DNA of 64,000 nt. It comes from Octopus sinensis (taxonomy: Eukaryota). The notes below the pieces were generated by a model, which made no database searches, was not told the DNA's origin, and saw only the letters and a list, made by a program, of their open reading frames with translations. This document shows positions 63,010-64,000 of this stretch, one piece after another; the first letter of the stretch is position 1, and the number at the start of each line of letters is the position of its first letter. The stretch spans positions 1 through 64,000 of the forward strand of contig NW_021833250.1 in NCBI RefSeq assembly GCF_006345805.1. Direction: 5' to 3'. A program made the translations under genes and the position numbers.

Positions 63010-64000
63010 AAAAGAAATTCAAGTTATAGACAAATGACTGAGAACGATTGAAATAGGATGCCCAGTAGTACACCTACAGAAAGTTTGTCTCTTAGGGACA
63101 GCAAGGGTTATCAGGAGAGTACAAAGCACCGAAAGGACAGATGAAAATTTGTGGATGCCTAAAGTTACAGGTACTAACCCACTATTCACATAATCCCTAC
63201 CAGGAATAAGACTGAACCTGAGGCAAACCAAAATAATAGCAGTAATGGTTGTAAAAGCTGAGGGCCCTTCATGGTAGAATTACCGAGTAACTGAATAAGA
63301 TCTTGACTGGAGAGGAGAGGTTGCCAGAATGGCTAAACTTTGGGAAATCGATCTTGTGTTTGAAGGAACCCAGTGAAGGAAATGCAGTTGACAACTTTAG
63401 ACATTTAAACCTCTTGCCTCCCTCTTATGTGGAAGTTATGATAGATGTCATTGCTGAAGCAATGTATGAATATCTAGAAGAGATACTACCTGAAAAGCAG
63501 AAGCGATGCAGAAGAAGCAGGGGGACTAAGGATCACTTGTTGATTGACAAGGCGATCCTTAAAGATTGTAAAAAGAGGCGCACAAGCCTTTCAATGGCCT
63601 GGATCGATGACAAGGTGTCACATAGTCGGATATTGGAATGTTTGGTATTGCAACTAATGTTAGACAGTATTTAATGAGCAGTATGGATAGTTGGAAGATT
63701 GAGCTGACATCATGTGCACAATTGAAGAATATTCCAGAGAGATAGTCTTTTACTTTGCTGTTTGTATTGTGCATGGTTCCCCTTTCATTAGTGTTGAGAA
63801 GAGAGAAGGCTGGTTACGAGTGGAGAGGACGTTAGTTTAAGAAAAATCACCTGATGTTCATGGATGATTTAAAACTCTTTGGGAAATCTTATAAACATAC
63901 TGATTCCCTTGTACAGAGATTTCATACATTCAGCACGGACATGGGGATGGAGTTTGGCAAAAAACACGTGGGGTGCTACTACAGAAGACAGACAGATTTA
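63010..64000 (+). mobile_element. Two further R4-like LINE fragments: an ORF end plus 3'UTR, then an RT fragment running off the window
   Basis: LQKVCLLGTARVIRRV. Then [30 protein letters not shown] and HLMFMDDLKLFG. Confidence 0.8.

Overview
AT-rich, microsatellite-dense animal genomic DNA, probably an octopod cephalopod. That assignment is an unverified inference from the 5S rRNA and SINE motifs. Only one intact host gene is visible: a 938-aa multi-pass membrane protein encoded in one uninterrupted ORF (22777-25593, -), with a signal peptide, a Cys-containing ectodomain and nine 24-aa Ser/Pro-rich repeats. A decayed paralog (~39.2-41.3 kb) lies in a ~7-8 kb segmental duplication. At 4.85-9.1 kb are four 5S rRNA copies of two sequence types, arranged as head-to-head pairs in three rearranged copies of one unit. 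The rest is transposon-derived. It includes Helitrons (termini, a Pif1 helicase C-terminus, an OTU+Rep N-terminus), Tc1/mariner remnants, hAT-like and unclassified MITEs, tRNA-type SINEs and HERO-like RT fragments. Penelope-like RT and GIY-YIG fragments occur with several hammerhead-ribozyme motifs, one of them canonical and minimal (36412-36468, -). A ~14 kb co-oriented array of R4/Dong-clade LINEs is strung on (TAA)n tracts, together with a non-coding, 5'-truncating element that also ends in TAA. Fold-back inverted duplications are unusually frequent. Most entries in the supplied ORF track are microsatellite artefacts. All family assignments are from motif recognition by eye, without database searches, and many coordinates are approximate.
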